The notes beneath the pieces are model-generated. The model saw nothing but the letters and a program-made list of their open reading frames with translations. It was not told the origin of the DNA and ran no database searches. Below are positions 54,723-64,000 of a stretch of DNA of 64,000 bases, piece by piece (positions within the stretch are counted from its first letter, which is position 1; each line of letters opens with the position of its first letter). The stretch covers positions 3,680,001 through 3,744,000 of the forward strand of contig CAXXLQ010000004.1 of the NCBI GenBank assembly GCA_963668695.2, in the 5' to 3' direction. The DNA comes from Vicinamibacteria bacterium. Its GTDB lineage: Bacteria; Acidobacteriota; Vicinamibacteria; Marinacidobacterales; Marinacidobacteraceae. Position numbers and translations under genes: made by a program.

Positions 54723-55530
54723 CAGATCCCGGAATTGACGCATGCCCGGCTCGGCAGACCCCGGAATTGACCCATGCTCAGCCCGGCAGATCCCGGAATT
54801 GACGCATGCCCGGCCCGGCAGATCCCGGAATTGACGCATGCCCGGCTCGGCAGATCCCGGAATTGACCCATGCTCGGCTCGGCAGATCCCGGAATTGACC
54901 CATGCCCAGCTCGGCAAATCCCGGAATTGACGCATGCTCGGCCCGGCAGACCCCGGAATTGACCCATGCTCGGCCCGGCAGACCCCGGAATTGACGCATG
55001 CTCGGCTCGGCAGACCCCGGATTTGACGCATGCCCGGCTCGGCAGACCCCGGAATTGACGCATGCCCGGCCCGGCAAATCCCGGAATTGACGCATGCCCG
55101 GCCCGGCACACCCCGGAATTGACGCATGCCCGGCCCGGCACACCCCGGAATTGACCCATGCCCGGCCCGGCACACCCCGGAATTGACCCATGCTTGGCCC
55201 GGCAGACCCCGGAATTGACCCATGCTCGGCCCGGCACACCCCGGAATTGACCCATGCTCCGGCCAGCCGGCCCCGGAATTGACCCATGCTCGGCCCGGCA
55301 GACCCCGGAATTGACCCATGCTCGGCCCGGCACACCCCGGAATTGACCCATGCTCGGCCCGGCAGACCCCGGAATTGACGCATGCCCGGCCCGGCACACC
55401 CCGGAATTGACGCATGCCCGGCTCGCAGATCCCGGAATTGACGCATGCCCAGCTCGACAAATCCCGGAATTGACGCATGCCCGGCCCGGCAGACCCCGGA
55501 ATTGACGCATGCTCCGGCCAGCCGGCCCCG
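54723..55530. repeat. Tandem array of 25 x 32-bp units
   Basis: Consensus CCCGGAATTGAC(G/C)CATGC(C/T)CGGC(C/T)CGGCA(G/C/A)A(C/T). GGAATTGAC (once GGATTTGAC) recurs every 32 bp from 54731 to 55498, with one 31-bp unit. Confidence 0.97.
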
Positions 55531-55575
55531 AAAGGGAAACCAGCCGGGGCTGCCAGACTGGCCGGCGCCGGGCGC

Positions 55576-56985
55576 TCAGTCCTCCTGTCCCGGGCCGGGC
55601 CGGACGCGGGTTTCGGGGGGCGTCGGCTGGACCGTCCCGTTCCGGACCACCCAGTAGCCGTCCCGGAAGACTTCCGCGACGTTGGCGAGCGCGCCCAGGT
55701 CAGTGAGCGGATCCCCTTCCACGATCAGGATGTCAGCCAGTTTCCCGACCTCGAGGGTGCCTAGCTTGTCGTCCATTCCGAGCACCTTCGCGCTGTCCCG
55801 GGTGGCGGCGACAAGCGCCTCCGCCGGGGTGAACCCACTCTCCACGTACGCCTCCAGCTCCCAGATGTAGGCGTAGGGCAGATCCCGGAAGTTCTCCACG
55901 ATCAGGTCGGTTCCCACCCCGATCAGGACGCCGGCGTCCTTGAGCTCGCGCAGCATCGCCCGGCTGATCTCTCCGTCCAGCTCGAAGCGCCTCGACGTCG
56001 AGCTGTGGTAGCTGCCGCGCTCGTTGAAGATGTAGTCGTAGGTGATGATCGTGGGCACCGACGCCGTGCCGCGCCGCGCCATCATCTGGACCACCTCGTC
56101 GGTACGCGGCAGCGGGTGCTCGATGGTGTCGGCGCCCGCCTCGACGGCCCAGCCGGTGTAGAACGTCTCCGAGTCCACGGTGACCTTGAGGCCGAGCGCG
56201 TGGGCCTCGTCCACCGCGGCGGCGATCTCTTCCTGGCTGAAGTGGCTCGCGATCTTGATGAGGTCGGCGCCCTTCTTGAACTGTTGGCGGACGGCGTCGC
56301 GGAATTCGTCGGGCCCGGAGGCTTCGACGATCCCGCCGTAGAGCGCATGGTGGATCGAATACCCCTCGGCGCCGTGACCGCCGGTCCCGGTGATGAGCGA
56401 TCCCGCGGCGAAGACCCGCGGCCCGGGCAGGCGGTTCGCGTTCACCCAGTCCTTGACGATGAAGGGCACGGTCCCCGCCGAGCCCGTGTCCCGAATCGAG
56501 GTGATCCCCGAGCCGATGAAGACGTGCAGCCGCTCCATCGCCCGGAGCGTCTGGTGGGCCGGATCAATCGCAAGCGGCTGCGGTATTCCCGGCTCGGTGT
56601 AGGTGAGATGCGTGTGGAGATCGATCAGCCCCGGCAGGACGGTGTGGCCGGAAACGTCGAGCACCATGGCGTCCTCCGGCCAGCCGGTTTCCCCTTCCGC
56701 CAGGACGGCCGCGATCCGGTTGCGCTCGATGACGAGCGTGCCCACTCGGGAATCGGCGCCCGTGCCGTCGAAGACAAAGCCGCCGGAGAGGACGGTCGTC
56801 CCTTCGGGGCCGCGCGCACCGGGCGGCGCGGGAACCCGGCGCGGGTCGTCCGAGGTCTGGATGTCGTTCAGGAATTGGCGCCGGTCCACGACCTGGCGCT
56901 GGGGCTCGGGGGGTTGGGCGAAGGCAAGTGGGGCCACGAGGGAGAAGAGGAACGCAGTGGCGACGATCACGCGAGCAGGGGACAT
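55576..56985 (-). CDS. Secreted metal-dependent amidohydrolase (prolidase-like)
   Basis: PGLIDLHTH, GADLIK, TIEH, GVGTD and GTLEVGKLAD. Confidence 0.9.
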   Translation of the reverse strand: MSPARVIVATAFLFSLVAPLAFAQPPEPQRQVVDRRQFLNDIQTSDDPRRVPAPPGARGPEGTTVLSGGFVFDGTGADSRVGTLVIERNRIAAVLAEGETGWPEDAMVLDVSGHTVLPGLIDLHTHLTYTEPGIPQPLAIDPAHQTLRAMERLHVFIGSGITSIRDTGSAGTVPFIVKDWVNANRLPGPRVFAAGSLITGTGGHGAEGYSIHHALYGGIVEASGPDEFRDAVRQQFKKGADLIKIASHFSQEEIAAAVDEAHALGLKVTVDSETFYTGWAVEAGADTIEHPLPRTDEVVQMMARRGTASVPTIITYDYIFNERGSYHSSTSRRFELDGEISRAMLRELKDAGVLIGVGTDLIVENFRDLPYAYIWELEAYVESGFTPAEALVAATRDSAKVLGMDDKLGTLEVGKLADILIVEGDPLTDLGALANVAEVFRDGYWVVRNGTVQPTPPETRVRPGPGQED

Positions 56986-57144
56986 GGGGAACTCCTTGGC
57001 GGCCGACCGGCCGGCCGGACTATTCTCGCCGGTAGGAGCGGTCGCGGCCGCGCGGCGCCCGAGTCAGGACGGCCCGCGGCTGGGAAGTCGGGCATTCGTG
57101 CTTCTGATTGACGGGAGGCGCCGGCGCCGGAACAATGCTGCTTC

Positions 57145-58167
57145 GTGTTCGGCAAACCCTGGTCCCTCGGCGTGAGGCGCGCGAAGGTGCGGACGACCGG
57201 CGGCAGGCTTCGAGTGCCGGTTCGCTTCTGGGTTTCGTCCGTCAGCCGCTTCCTCGCTCTTCTTGTGGGGGTAGTGGTCGCGGGCTGCGCCTACGGGCCG
57301 TCGGGCTCCGGGCCGGCCCAGGCCGAACCGGCAAAGGCGAAGGTGCTACTGATCGGAATTGATGGGGTGCGGCCCGACGTGATGGCCGAGGTGCCGACTC
57401 CAAATCTCGACGCTCTCGCCGGAGGGGGCCGGTTCATCACCGACGCGCAGACGACGACCCCCTCGGTGAGCGGGCCGGCCTGGTCGTCCATGCTGACCGG
57501 CGTCTGGCCCGACAAGCACGGCGTCACGGACAACGAGTTCACCGGGAAGCGATATGACGAGTTTCCCGATTTCCTGACGCGTATCGAGCAGGTGCGCCCC
57601 GAACTGGCGACGGTGGCCATCGCGGATTGGATGCCGCTGGTCCGGGCCGAAGAGGGGAGCGCCACCATCAGCGACGCCGTTGACGTGAAGCACGCGCTCG
57701 ACGGCTACCAGCTCGGATGGGCCGAGGCGGACGGCCGAGCGGCAGCGCTCGCGGTCGAGCTGCTCACCCAGTCCGACCCGGATGCGCTCTTCGTTTACCT
57801 CGGCCACGCCGACGAGGCGAGTCATGAGCACGACTCGATCGGTGAGGAATACCGCGCGGCGATCGCGCTTGCCGACCGGCATGTGGGGGAGATCGTCGCG
57901 GCGGTGCGAGCCCGCGCGTCATTCGCAAGCGAGGATTGGCTGATCCTGTGCAGCACCGACCACGGCCGCCGAGCCGACGGCGGGCATGGCGGAGACAGCC
58001 CGGAGGAAATGACGATCTTCGTGATCGCGAGCGGCGCCGGGTCGGCGACCGCCCCCATCCCGAATGGTGTCGGGATCGTGGACGTAGCGGTGACGGCGCT
58101 CACCCATCTCGGACTCGCCATCGAACCCGAGTGGGAGCTGGACGGAAAGTCGCTGCTGGATCCTTGA
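57145..58167 (+). CDS. Alkaline-phosphatase-superfamily (nucleotide pyrophosphatase-like) lipoprotein; start uncertain
   Basis: IGIDGVRPD, SGPAWSSMLTG, DEASH and STDHG; lipobox VAGC. Confidence 0.85.
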   Translation: MFGKPWSLGVRRAKVRTTGGRLRVPVRFWVSSVSRFLALLVGVVVAGCAYGPSGSGPAQAEPAKAKVLLIGIDGVRPDVMAEVPTPNLDALAGGGRFITDAQTTTPSVSGPAWSSMLTGVWPDKHGVTDNEFTGKRYDEFPDFLTRIEQVRPELATVAIADWMPLVRAEEGSATISDAVDVKHALDGYQLGWAEADGRAAALAVELLTQSDPDALFVYLGHADEASHEHDSIGEEYRAAIALADRHVGEIVAAVRARASFASEDWLILCSTDHGRRADGGHGGDSPEEMTIFVIASGAGSATAPIPNGVGIVDVAVTALTHLGLAIEPEWELDGKSLLDP

Positions 58168-58194
58168 CCGAGGGGGCGCAGCGCCATCGGGGCT

Positions 58195-58320
58195 GGTTTC
58201 GCGCTGCGCGCGGCGGTGCCGGGCTCCACTGGGAGAACTGCCCGGAGGTCGGCGTTCCCGTGCCTCCGCGCCACCCGTGCCGGCCGGAGGCCGGCCCAGT
58301 TCTCCCGGTGGGCGTTCCGC
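58195..58320. repeat. Degenerate REP pair, each carrying an 18-mer in opposite orientations
   Basis: GCCGG[..CCACTGGGAGAACTG]CCCGGAGGTCGGCGTTCC and GCCGGCCGGAGGCCGGC[CCAGTTCTCCCGGTGGGC]GTTCC. Confidence 0.65.
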
Positions 58321-58367
58321 TGTCGCCCGCGTTTCACGTGGGTCGGCGGTCCCCCGCCGCCGGCACG

Positions 58368-59420
58368 CTACAGCGCTGCCAGGACGATGTCGGTGATGTC
58401 GGTGGTGCCGGCGGAGCCGCCCAGGTCGCGCGGCAGGACCGAACCCAGCAGGCAAGCGGTAACCGCCGCCTCGATGGCCGCTGCCTCCTGTTTCAGTCCG
58501 AACGACAATTCCAGCATCATGGCGGCCGAGGAGATGGCCCCCAGCGGATTCGCGATCCCCTGCCCCGCGATGTCCGGCGCGGAGCCGTGGACCGGCTCGT
58601 AGAGGCCGCCGCCCTCACCCACGCTGGCGGAGGGCAGGAGGCCGAGCGATCCGGCCAGCACCGAAGCCTCGTCGCTGAGGATGTCCCCGAACATGTTGCC
58701 GGTCAGGATCACGTCGAACTGGCTCGGGTCCCGGATGATCTCCATCGCCGCCCGGTCCACGTACATGTGGTCGAGGCGCACCGCCGGATATTCCGATGCA
58801 AGCCCGGCGACCACCTCGCGCCAAAGCTGCGACGACTCCAGCACGTTCGCCTTGTCCACCGACAGCAGGAGACCGCGGCGCCGGCCGGCTGCCTTGAAAG
58901 CCACCCGGGCGATCCGCTCGATCTCGCGCGCCTCGTAGCGGAGGGTGTTGATGCCGACCCGCTGGCCGCCCTCCTCGCGGATTCCGCGCGGCTCGCCGTA
59001 GTAGATGCCGCCGGTGAGCTCCCGCACGATGAGCAGGTCCGTCCCCTTGATCGCTTCCGGGCGGAACGGTGAGCTGTCGAGCACGCGAATCACCTTGATC
59101 GGACGGAGGTTCGCGTAGGCGCCGAGCATCCGGCGAAGCTCCAGCAGCGCGCGCTCCGGACGGTCGGCGGCGGGCAGGACATCGTGGCGCGGATCGCCGA
59201 CCGCTCCCAGCAGGATTGCCCGGGCTCCGGCGCAGGCGATCCGGGTCTCTTCGGGGAATCCGGTCCCCGTTCGGTCCCAGGCCGCTCCCGCGAAGTCGTG
59301 GTGCTCGACGAGGAGGCGGTGGCCGAAGCGTTCGGCCACCCGTTCCAGCACGCGTTCGGCTTCAGCCACCACGTCGGGGCCGATGCCGTCCCCGGGCAGA
59401 CAGATTACGGGCAGATCCAT
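58368..59420 (-). CDS. leuB: 3-isopropylmalate dehydrogenase
   Basis: LPGDGIGPDV, PERALLELRR, RELTGGIYYG, NMFGDILSDEAS and EPVHGSAPDIAG. Confidence 0.94.
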   Translation of the reverse strand: MDLPVICLPGDGIGPDVVAEAERVLERVAERFGHRLLVEHHDFAGAAWDRTGTGFPEETRIACAGARAILLGAVGDPRHDVLPAADRPERALLELRRMLGAYANLRPIKVIRVLDSSPFRPEAIKGTDLLIVRELTGGIYYGEPRGIREEGGQRVGINTLRYEAREIERIARVAFKAAGRRRGLLLSVDKANVLESSQLWREVVAGLASEYPAVRLDHMYVDRAAMEIIRDPSQFDVILTGNMFGDILSDEASVLAGSLGLLPSASVGEGGGLYEPVHGSAPDIAGQGIANPLGAISSAAMMLELSFGLKQEAAAIEAAVTACLLGSVLPRDLGGSAGTTDITDIVLAAL

Positions 59421-59479
59421 GGTGGGCGGGGATGGTAATCGCCCACCGATTCGCGGTGCCCCGTCATAGACTCACGCGA

Positions 59480-60205
59480 ATGGCCATGGCCACGGCCCCG
59501 AAGCTGACCGTCTGGGAAAACCTCCGCCGCTATCTGCTTCGCGGTTTCCTCGTCTGGATCCCGCTGGCGGCGGTGTTTCTGGTGGGCCGGCTGATCTACT
59601 CGATCATCCAGTCCTGGTTCTTTCCCTCCCTCCCCTGGGAGCCTCGGCTCACCGCGCTGGGCGTGGTGATCGTGGTGCTCGTGTTGACCGGTTGGGGAGT
59701 CTCGAGGTTCGGGGTCGCCCGGCTCGTCCTGCGGGCAGTGGTGGAACGCCCGCTCAGCCGGATTCCGGTAGCGCGCTGGATCTATTCGGGCGTGCGCGAG
59801 TTGCTGGAGGCGCTCTTCACCTCAGGCGACGCGTTCGGGAAGGTCGTCCTCATCGAGTATCCGCGGCGCGGCGTCTACAGCATCGCGTTCCAGATGGCGA
59901 GTGAACTCGGTGAAGTGCAGCACCGGGTCCGCCAGCGGATCGCAGAGCGGACCGGTACAGGTGCCTCGACCGAACCCGGCGAAACCGATGCCGGCCCGCG
60001 TGAAGTCATGGCGGTCTTCGTCCCCACCACCCCGAATCCGACCTCGGGTTTCGTGATCACGCTCCCCAAGGAAGACGTGATCGAGCTTTCCATGAGCCGG
60101 CAGCAGGCCCTCCAGATGGTCATCTCGCTCGGAGTGGTCGTGCCCGAGTGGCAAAAGGACCAGTTGGACGGGGAGCCCCCCCCGCCTCCGGAACCGACCT
60201 CCTAA
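59480..60205 (+). CDS. DUF502-family membrane protein
   Basis: LIEYPRRG and VFVPTTPNPTSGF. Confidence 0.88.
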   Translation: MAMATAPKLTVWENLRRYLLRGFLVWIPLAAVFLVGRLIYSIIQSWFFPSLPWEPRLTALGVVIVVLVLTGWGVSRFGVARLVLRAVVERPLSRIPVARWIYSGVRELLEALFTSGDAFGKVVLIEYPRRGVYSIAFQMASELGEVQHRVRQRIAERTGTGASTEPGETDAGPREVMAVFVPTTPNPTSGFVITLPKEDVIELSMSRQQALQMVISLGVVVPEWQKDQLDGEPPPPPEPTS

Positions 60206-60404
60206 CAGCCTGTGGTGAAACCCACGTGAGCGCCGAGCCTGGCCAGTTCTCCCGGTGGGGGCGAGGCGCCCGGCTGACAAGGCGCGTGAGGGAGGAATAC
60301 CGAGTGTATTGCGACCGAAACGCAACGCAGAACGGAGCGAAGCGGAGTGGTTCAGCGGGGATGCATCGCCGGGCGAACGCCGCGTGGGTTTTGCCACAGG
60401 CTGT
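60205..60404. mobile_element. MITE copy inserted at the TAA stop of DUF502
   Basis: TA|ACAGCCTGTGGTGAAACCC..GGGTTTTGCCACAGGCTGT. Confidence 0.88.
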
Positions 60405-60481
60405 CAAGGCTCCGCCTGAGCGCGGGCGGCTCGGAAGCCTTTCTGGGAAGCCTTTCTTCGAAGCCTTTCTTGGCGCGCCGC

Positions 60482-61840
60482 TCAGACGACGCCCTGGTCC
60501 ATCATGGCGTCGGCGACCTTGAAGAACCCGGCGATGTTGGCGCCGACCACGTAGTTCCCGACCGCGTCGAATCGCTCCGACGCCTTGATGCAGGCGTCGT
60601 GGATCTCGAACATGATGTCGCTCAGCCGGTGGTCCACCACCTCGCGCTTCCACTGGATCATCCCGATGTTCTGGGCCATCTCGAGGCCCGACACGGCGAC
60701 GCCGCCGGCGTTCGCGGCCTTCCCGGGCCCGTAGAGGATCTTGGCGGCGACGAACTGGTCCACCGCGTCCGGCACCGACGGCATGTTGGCGCCCTCCGAG
60801 ACCAGGAAGCAGCCGTTCGCGAGCAGATTCGCGGCGTCCTTGCTGCTGACCTCGTTCTCCGTGGCGCACGGGAAGGCGCAGTCGGCGGGAATGGCCCAGA
60901 GCGGGTTGTGATCCGCCCCCGGATCGGACTCGTAGTAACTCACGCCCGGGAATTTCGCGGCGTATTCCCGAATCCGGCCGCGCCGGACGTTTTTGAGTTC
61001 CATCACCCAGGCCAGTTTTTCGGCGTCGATGCCGTCCGGGTCGTGGACGAAGCCGCTCGAGTCCGAAAGGGTCACCGCCTTCGCCTCGAGGTCGTTCAGT
61101 TTTTCCACCGTGTACTGGGCGACGTTCCCGCTGCCGGAGACAAGACAGGTCTTCCCGTGGAGGCCGTCGTTGCGGGTGGCGAGCATCTCCTGGGCGAAAT
61201 ACACCGCCCCGTAGCCGGTGGCCTCCGGCCGGATCAGCGATCCGCCCCAGCCCGGTCCCTTGCCGGTGAGCGTCCCGGTGAACTCGTTGGCAAGCCGCTT
61301 GTACTGGCCGAAGAGGAAGCCGATCTCGCGTCCGCCGACCCCGATGTCCCCCGCCGGAACGTCCGTGTAGGGGCCGATGTGGCGCTGCAACTCCGTCATG
61401 AAAGACTGGCAAAAGCGCATGACCTCCAGGTCGCTCTTGCCTTTCGGATCGAAATCCGAGCCGCCCTTGCCGCCGCCCAGCGGCAGCGTGGTAAGGGAGT
61501 TCTTGAACATCTGCTCGAAAGCGAGGAACTTGAGAATCGAGGCGTTGACCGAAGGATGAAAACGGAGCCCTCCCTTGTAGGGCCCGATCGCGCTGCTCAT
61601 CTCGATCCGGAAACCGCGGTTCACCTGGACATCTCCGGCGTCGTCCACCCAGGGGACCCGGAACGTCACCACCCGCTCGGGCTCCACCATCCGGTCGAGG
61701 ACGCGGGCGGCGCGGTACTCGGGATGGCGTTCGATGACGACGGCGACGGATTCGACGACTTCGCGGACCGCCTGGTTGAACTCGGGCTCGGCCGGGTTCC
61801 GCGCCGCTACCTGATTCAGTACGGATTCAATGTAGTTCAT
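60482..61840 (-). CDS. gdhA: Glutamate dehydrogenase (NADP-specific GdhA type)
   Basis: GPYKGGLRFHPSVN, GGGKGGSDFDPKG, SGSGNVA and PGKAANAGGV; start MNYIES. Confidence 0.96.
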   Translation of the reverse strand: MNYIESVLNQVAARNPAEPEFNQAVREVVESVAVVIERHPEYRAARVLDRMVEPERVVTFRVPWVDDAGDVQVNRGFRIEMSSAIGPYKGGLRFHPSVNASILKFLAFEQMFKNSLTTLPLGGGKGGSDFDPKGKSDLEVMRFCQSFMTELQRHIGPYTDVPAGDIGVGGREIGFLFGQYKRLANEFTGTLTGKGPGWGGSLIRPEATGYGAVYFAQEMLATRNDGLHGKTCLVSGSGNVAQYTVEKLNDLEAKAVTLSDSSGFVHDPDGIDAEKLAWVMELKNVRRGRIREYAAKFPGVSYYESDPGADHNPLWAIPADCAFPCATENEVSSKDAANLLANGCFLVSEGANMPSVPDAVDQFVAAKILYGPGKAANAGGVAVSGLEMAQNIGMIQWKREVVDHRLSDIMFEIHDACIKASERFDAVGNYVVGANIAGFFKVADAMMDQGVV

Positions 61841-61967
61841 GGACCCTCCGGCCAATTTGGGCGCGGATTGTAGGGTGCGGAAGGCTCTCCGGTACCGCGA
61901 TCTTCGCGAATGGCCGCCCTCGCGCTCCGGCGAGAAGGCCGCCGGAGAGTGACACACTAGGAATTCA

Positions 61968-64000
61968 ATGCCGCTCCATGGCGCCCTCTCGCCGGCGTTC
62001 GCCGATCTGGTCGGGTTCCAGATTCGCGAAGTTCTCTTCGTGCTGAGTCACTACGACTCGTTCATCCTCGCCGAGGACGGCCAGCTCGACGACCGGGTTC
62101 TTTCCGGGTTCCTCGATCTGAACCTGAGGACCCTGCCGAGCGTGACGCAGGTCGAGTCGGGGACCGAGGCCCTCGATCGCCTCGCCCGGGCGCCGGACCG
62201 TTTCCAACTGGTGATCGGCTCGCCGGATCTCGGTGACATGGACATCGGGACGTTCGCGCATCGGCTCCGCCACGCCGGCCGGGAGACGCCGGTCACGCTC
62301 TTCGGGTACGACACCCGCACGGTGCGCGAGTACCTGGCGCGCCACCATGGCCGCGACCTCGAAAAACCCTTCGTCTGGCAAGGGGACGTCGGGATCTTCC
62401 TGGCGATCGTGAAACAGATCGAGGACCGCCGGAACGCACCCCAGGACACGGGCAAACTCGGAGTTCCCGCCATCCTGCTGATCGAGGACAGCATCCGCTA
62501 CTACTCCTCGTTCCTTCCGGTGGTGTACCAGGCGGTCTTCGAGCAGACCCGGAAACTCATCCCGGAAGGGCTCAGCCTCACGGAGAAATTCGACCGGATT
62601 CGCCGCCGGCCGAAGATCCTGCTCTGCGACGATTACGAGGAGGCGTGGGATTCCTTCACGGCCTTCCCGGACCAGATCCTCGGGGTGATCTCGGACGTCG
62701 AATTCCCGCGCGAGGGCCGGCCGGACCCGCAGGCCGGAGAACGGTTCGTCGCCGCCATGCGGCGGATGCGCCCGGACATCCCGGCGATCCTGCACTCCCG
62801 GCGTCCGGAAAATGAAGCGCTCGCCCGGGAGGTAGGCGCCGACTTTCTGCTGAAGGGCTCGCGGGACCTCCTTCGCCGGATCCGGGGCCTGATGCGCGAC
62901 CGGTTCCATTTCGGCGACTTCGTGTTCCGGGGGTCCGACGGGACGGAAGTCGCGCGCGCCGCCGATCTGGATTCGTTCGAACGGGTGATCGGCTCCGTGC
63001 CGCACGAGGTACTGGTGCAGCACGCCCGAAACAACGAAATCTCCCACTGGCTGATGGCGCGGGGGGAACTGGAGCTGGCCCGCCGGCTCCGCGAAGTGCG
63101 CATCAGCGACTACGGCCCGGGCGACCACATGGGACGCGATGTGGCCCGACGGCTTCAAAAGCGCAGGCAGGAGCGGACCCGCGCGGTAGTGGCCGACTTC
63201 CCTCGCGAGGGTTTCGATCCGGGCGCCCCCTTCCTCCGCATCGGGAGCGGCTCCGTGGGCGGCAAGGCTCGCGGCCTCGCGTTCACCAACTCGGTACTCG
63301 CCCGGTCCGGAATCCAGGAACGCCATCCGGACACGATCATCGCCGTGCCCCAGGCGGTCGTGCTGGCGACCGGGATCTTCGACAGCTTCATGGAGGAGAA
63401 CGACCTCCTTTCCTTCGCGCTCGAGGTCACGAGCGAGGCCGAACTACGGGAGCGCTTCGACCAGGCGCACTTCCCCGAGGAGGCTTGGCGGGATCTCCGC
63501 CGATTCCAGGAGCAGGTGCGCTACCCGCTTGCGGTCCGGTCGTCGAGCCTGCTCGAAGACTCGCCCTACCAGCCTTTCTCGGGGGTGTACGAGACCGTCC
63601 TGGTGGCGAACCAGGAGGAAACGGCGCGAGGACGTCTGGACGCCCTGGCGAGGGCCATCAAGCAGGTGTATGCCTCGCTGTTCCTGCCGCGGGTCCGCAG
63701 CTTCCTCGACACCACTCCCTACCGCCAGGAAGAAGAAAAGATGGCGGTCATTCTCCAGCGGGTCGTGGGCCTGCCCCACGGGCGGCGCTTTTACCCGGAC
63801 ATCGCCGGAACCGCCAGATCACAGAACTTCTATCCCACCCCACCGCTCGGCGCCGGGGACGGCATTGCGACGGTCGGACTCGGACTCGGCGAGCAGATCA
63901 CGAGCGGCGGACCGGCGGTCCGTTTTTCGCCGCGCCATCCCCACCACCGCCTGGGCCACCGGAGCGCCGAAGATGCCTGGCGCAATTCGCAGAGCGAGTT
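61968..64000 (+). CDS. Receiver-like domains fused to a PEP-synthase/PPDK nucleotide-binding domain (partial, runs off window)
   Basis: Open + frame from MPLHGALSPAFADLVGF..SHYDSFILAEDGQL, with GSVGGKARGLAF, PLAVRSSSLLEDSPYQPFSGVYET and EEKMAVILQ. It is missing from the ORF track because there is no stop in the window. Confidence 0.85.
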   Translation, partial: MPLHGALSPAFADLVGFQIREVLFVLSHYDSFILAEDGQLDDRVLSGFLDLNLRTLPSVTQVESGTEALDRLARAPDRFQLVIGSPDLGDMDIGTFAHRLRHAGRETPVTLFGYDTRTVREYLARHHGRDLEKPFVWQGDVGIFLAIVKQIEDRRNAPQDTGKLGVPAILLIEDSIRYYSSFLPVVYQAVFEQTRKLIPEGLSLTEKFDRIRRRPKILLCDDYEEAWDSFTAFPDQILGVISDVEFPREGRPDPQAGERFVAAMRRMRPDIPAILHSRRPENEALAREVGADFLLKGSRDLLRRIRGLMRDRFHFGDFVFRGSDGTEVARAADLDSFERVIGSVPHEVLVQHARNNEISHWLMARGELELARRLREVRISDYGPGDHMGRDVARRLQKRRQERTRAVVADFPREGFDPGAPFLRIGSGSVGGKARGLAFTNSVLARSGIQERHPDTIIAVPQAVVLATGIFDSFMEENDLLSFALEVTSEAELRERFDQAHFPEEAWRDLRRFQEQVRYPLAVRSSSLLEDSPYQPFSGVYETVLVANQEETARGRLDALARAIKQVYASLFLPRVRSFLDTTPYRQEEEKMAVILQRVVGLPHGRRFYPDIAGTARSQNFYPTPPLGAGDGIATVGLGLGEQITSGGPAVRFSPRHPHHRLGHRSAEDAWRNSQSE

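Noticed and set aside
54647-55510. Cys-rich repeat proteins from the three open minus-strand frames
   Set aside because: All three frames are open simply because the unit lacks a minus-strand stop and 32 is not divisible by 3. I found no convincing RBS or unique domain.
54723-55530. CRISPR array
   Set aside because: Units are contiguous 32-bp repeats with only point variation. There are no unique spacers and no cas genes in the window.

Overview
A GC-rich bacterial chromosomal segment, roughly 70% GC by eye. The gene content would fit a marine or host-associated Acidobacteriota-like lineage, but this cannot be proven here. It has about 55 CDSs and no recognisable rRNA, tRNA, integrase, transposase or CRISPR-cas. 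Housekeeping and energy genes include djlA, a Na+-type membrane pyrophosphatase, two Na+-coupled amino-acid transporters, a complex I cluster (nuoABCDHIJK-N plus a 7Fe ferredoxin, with no nuoEFG or nuoLM in the locus), cusCBA, maeB, nfi, leuB and gdhA. There are four type II toxin-antitoxin modules and a frameshifted octaheme HAO-family cytochrome with a His-rich membrane partner. The most notable signals are: (1) a MerB-like gene whose in-frame TGA aligns with the catalytic Cys159 and is followed by a SECIS-like hairpin, making it a probable selenoprotein; (2) a nested repeat system, in which a ~190-bp TIR element (MITE) occurs at 12 loci and an 18-19-bp motif, CCAGTTCTCCCGGTGGG(G)(G), is inserted ~24 times in both orientations at many different positions, only inside MITE or REP hairpins; (3) a 25 x 32-bp tandem array and a ~222-bp tandem array of hairpins, each between convergent genes; (4) several reconstructable MITE-caused gene lesions. 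All calls come from reading the sequence; no database searches were run.
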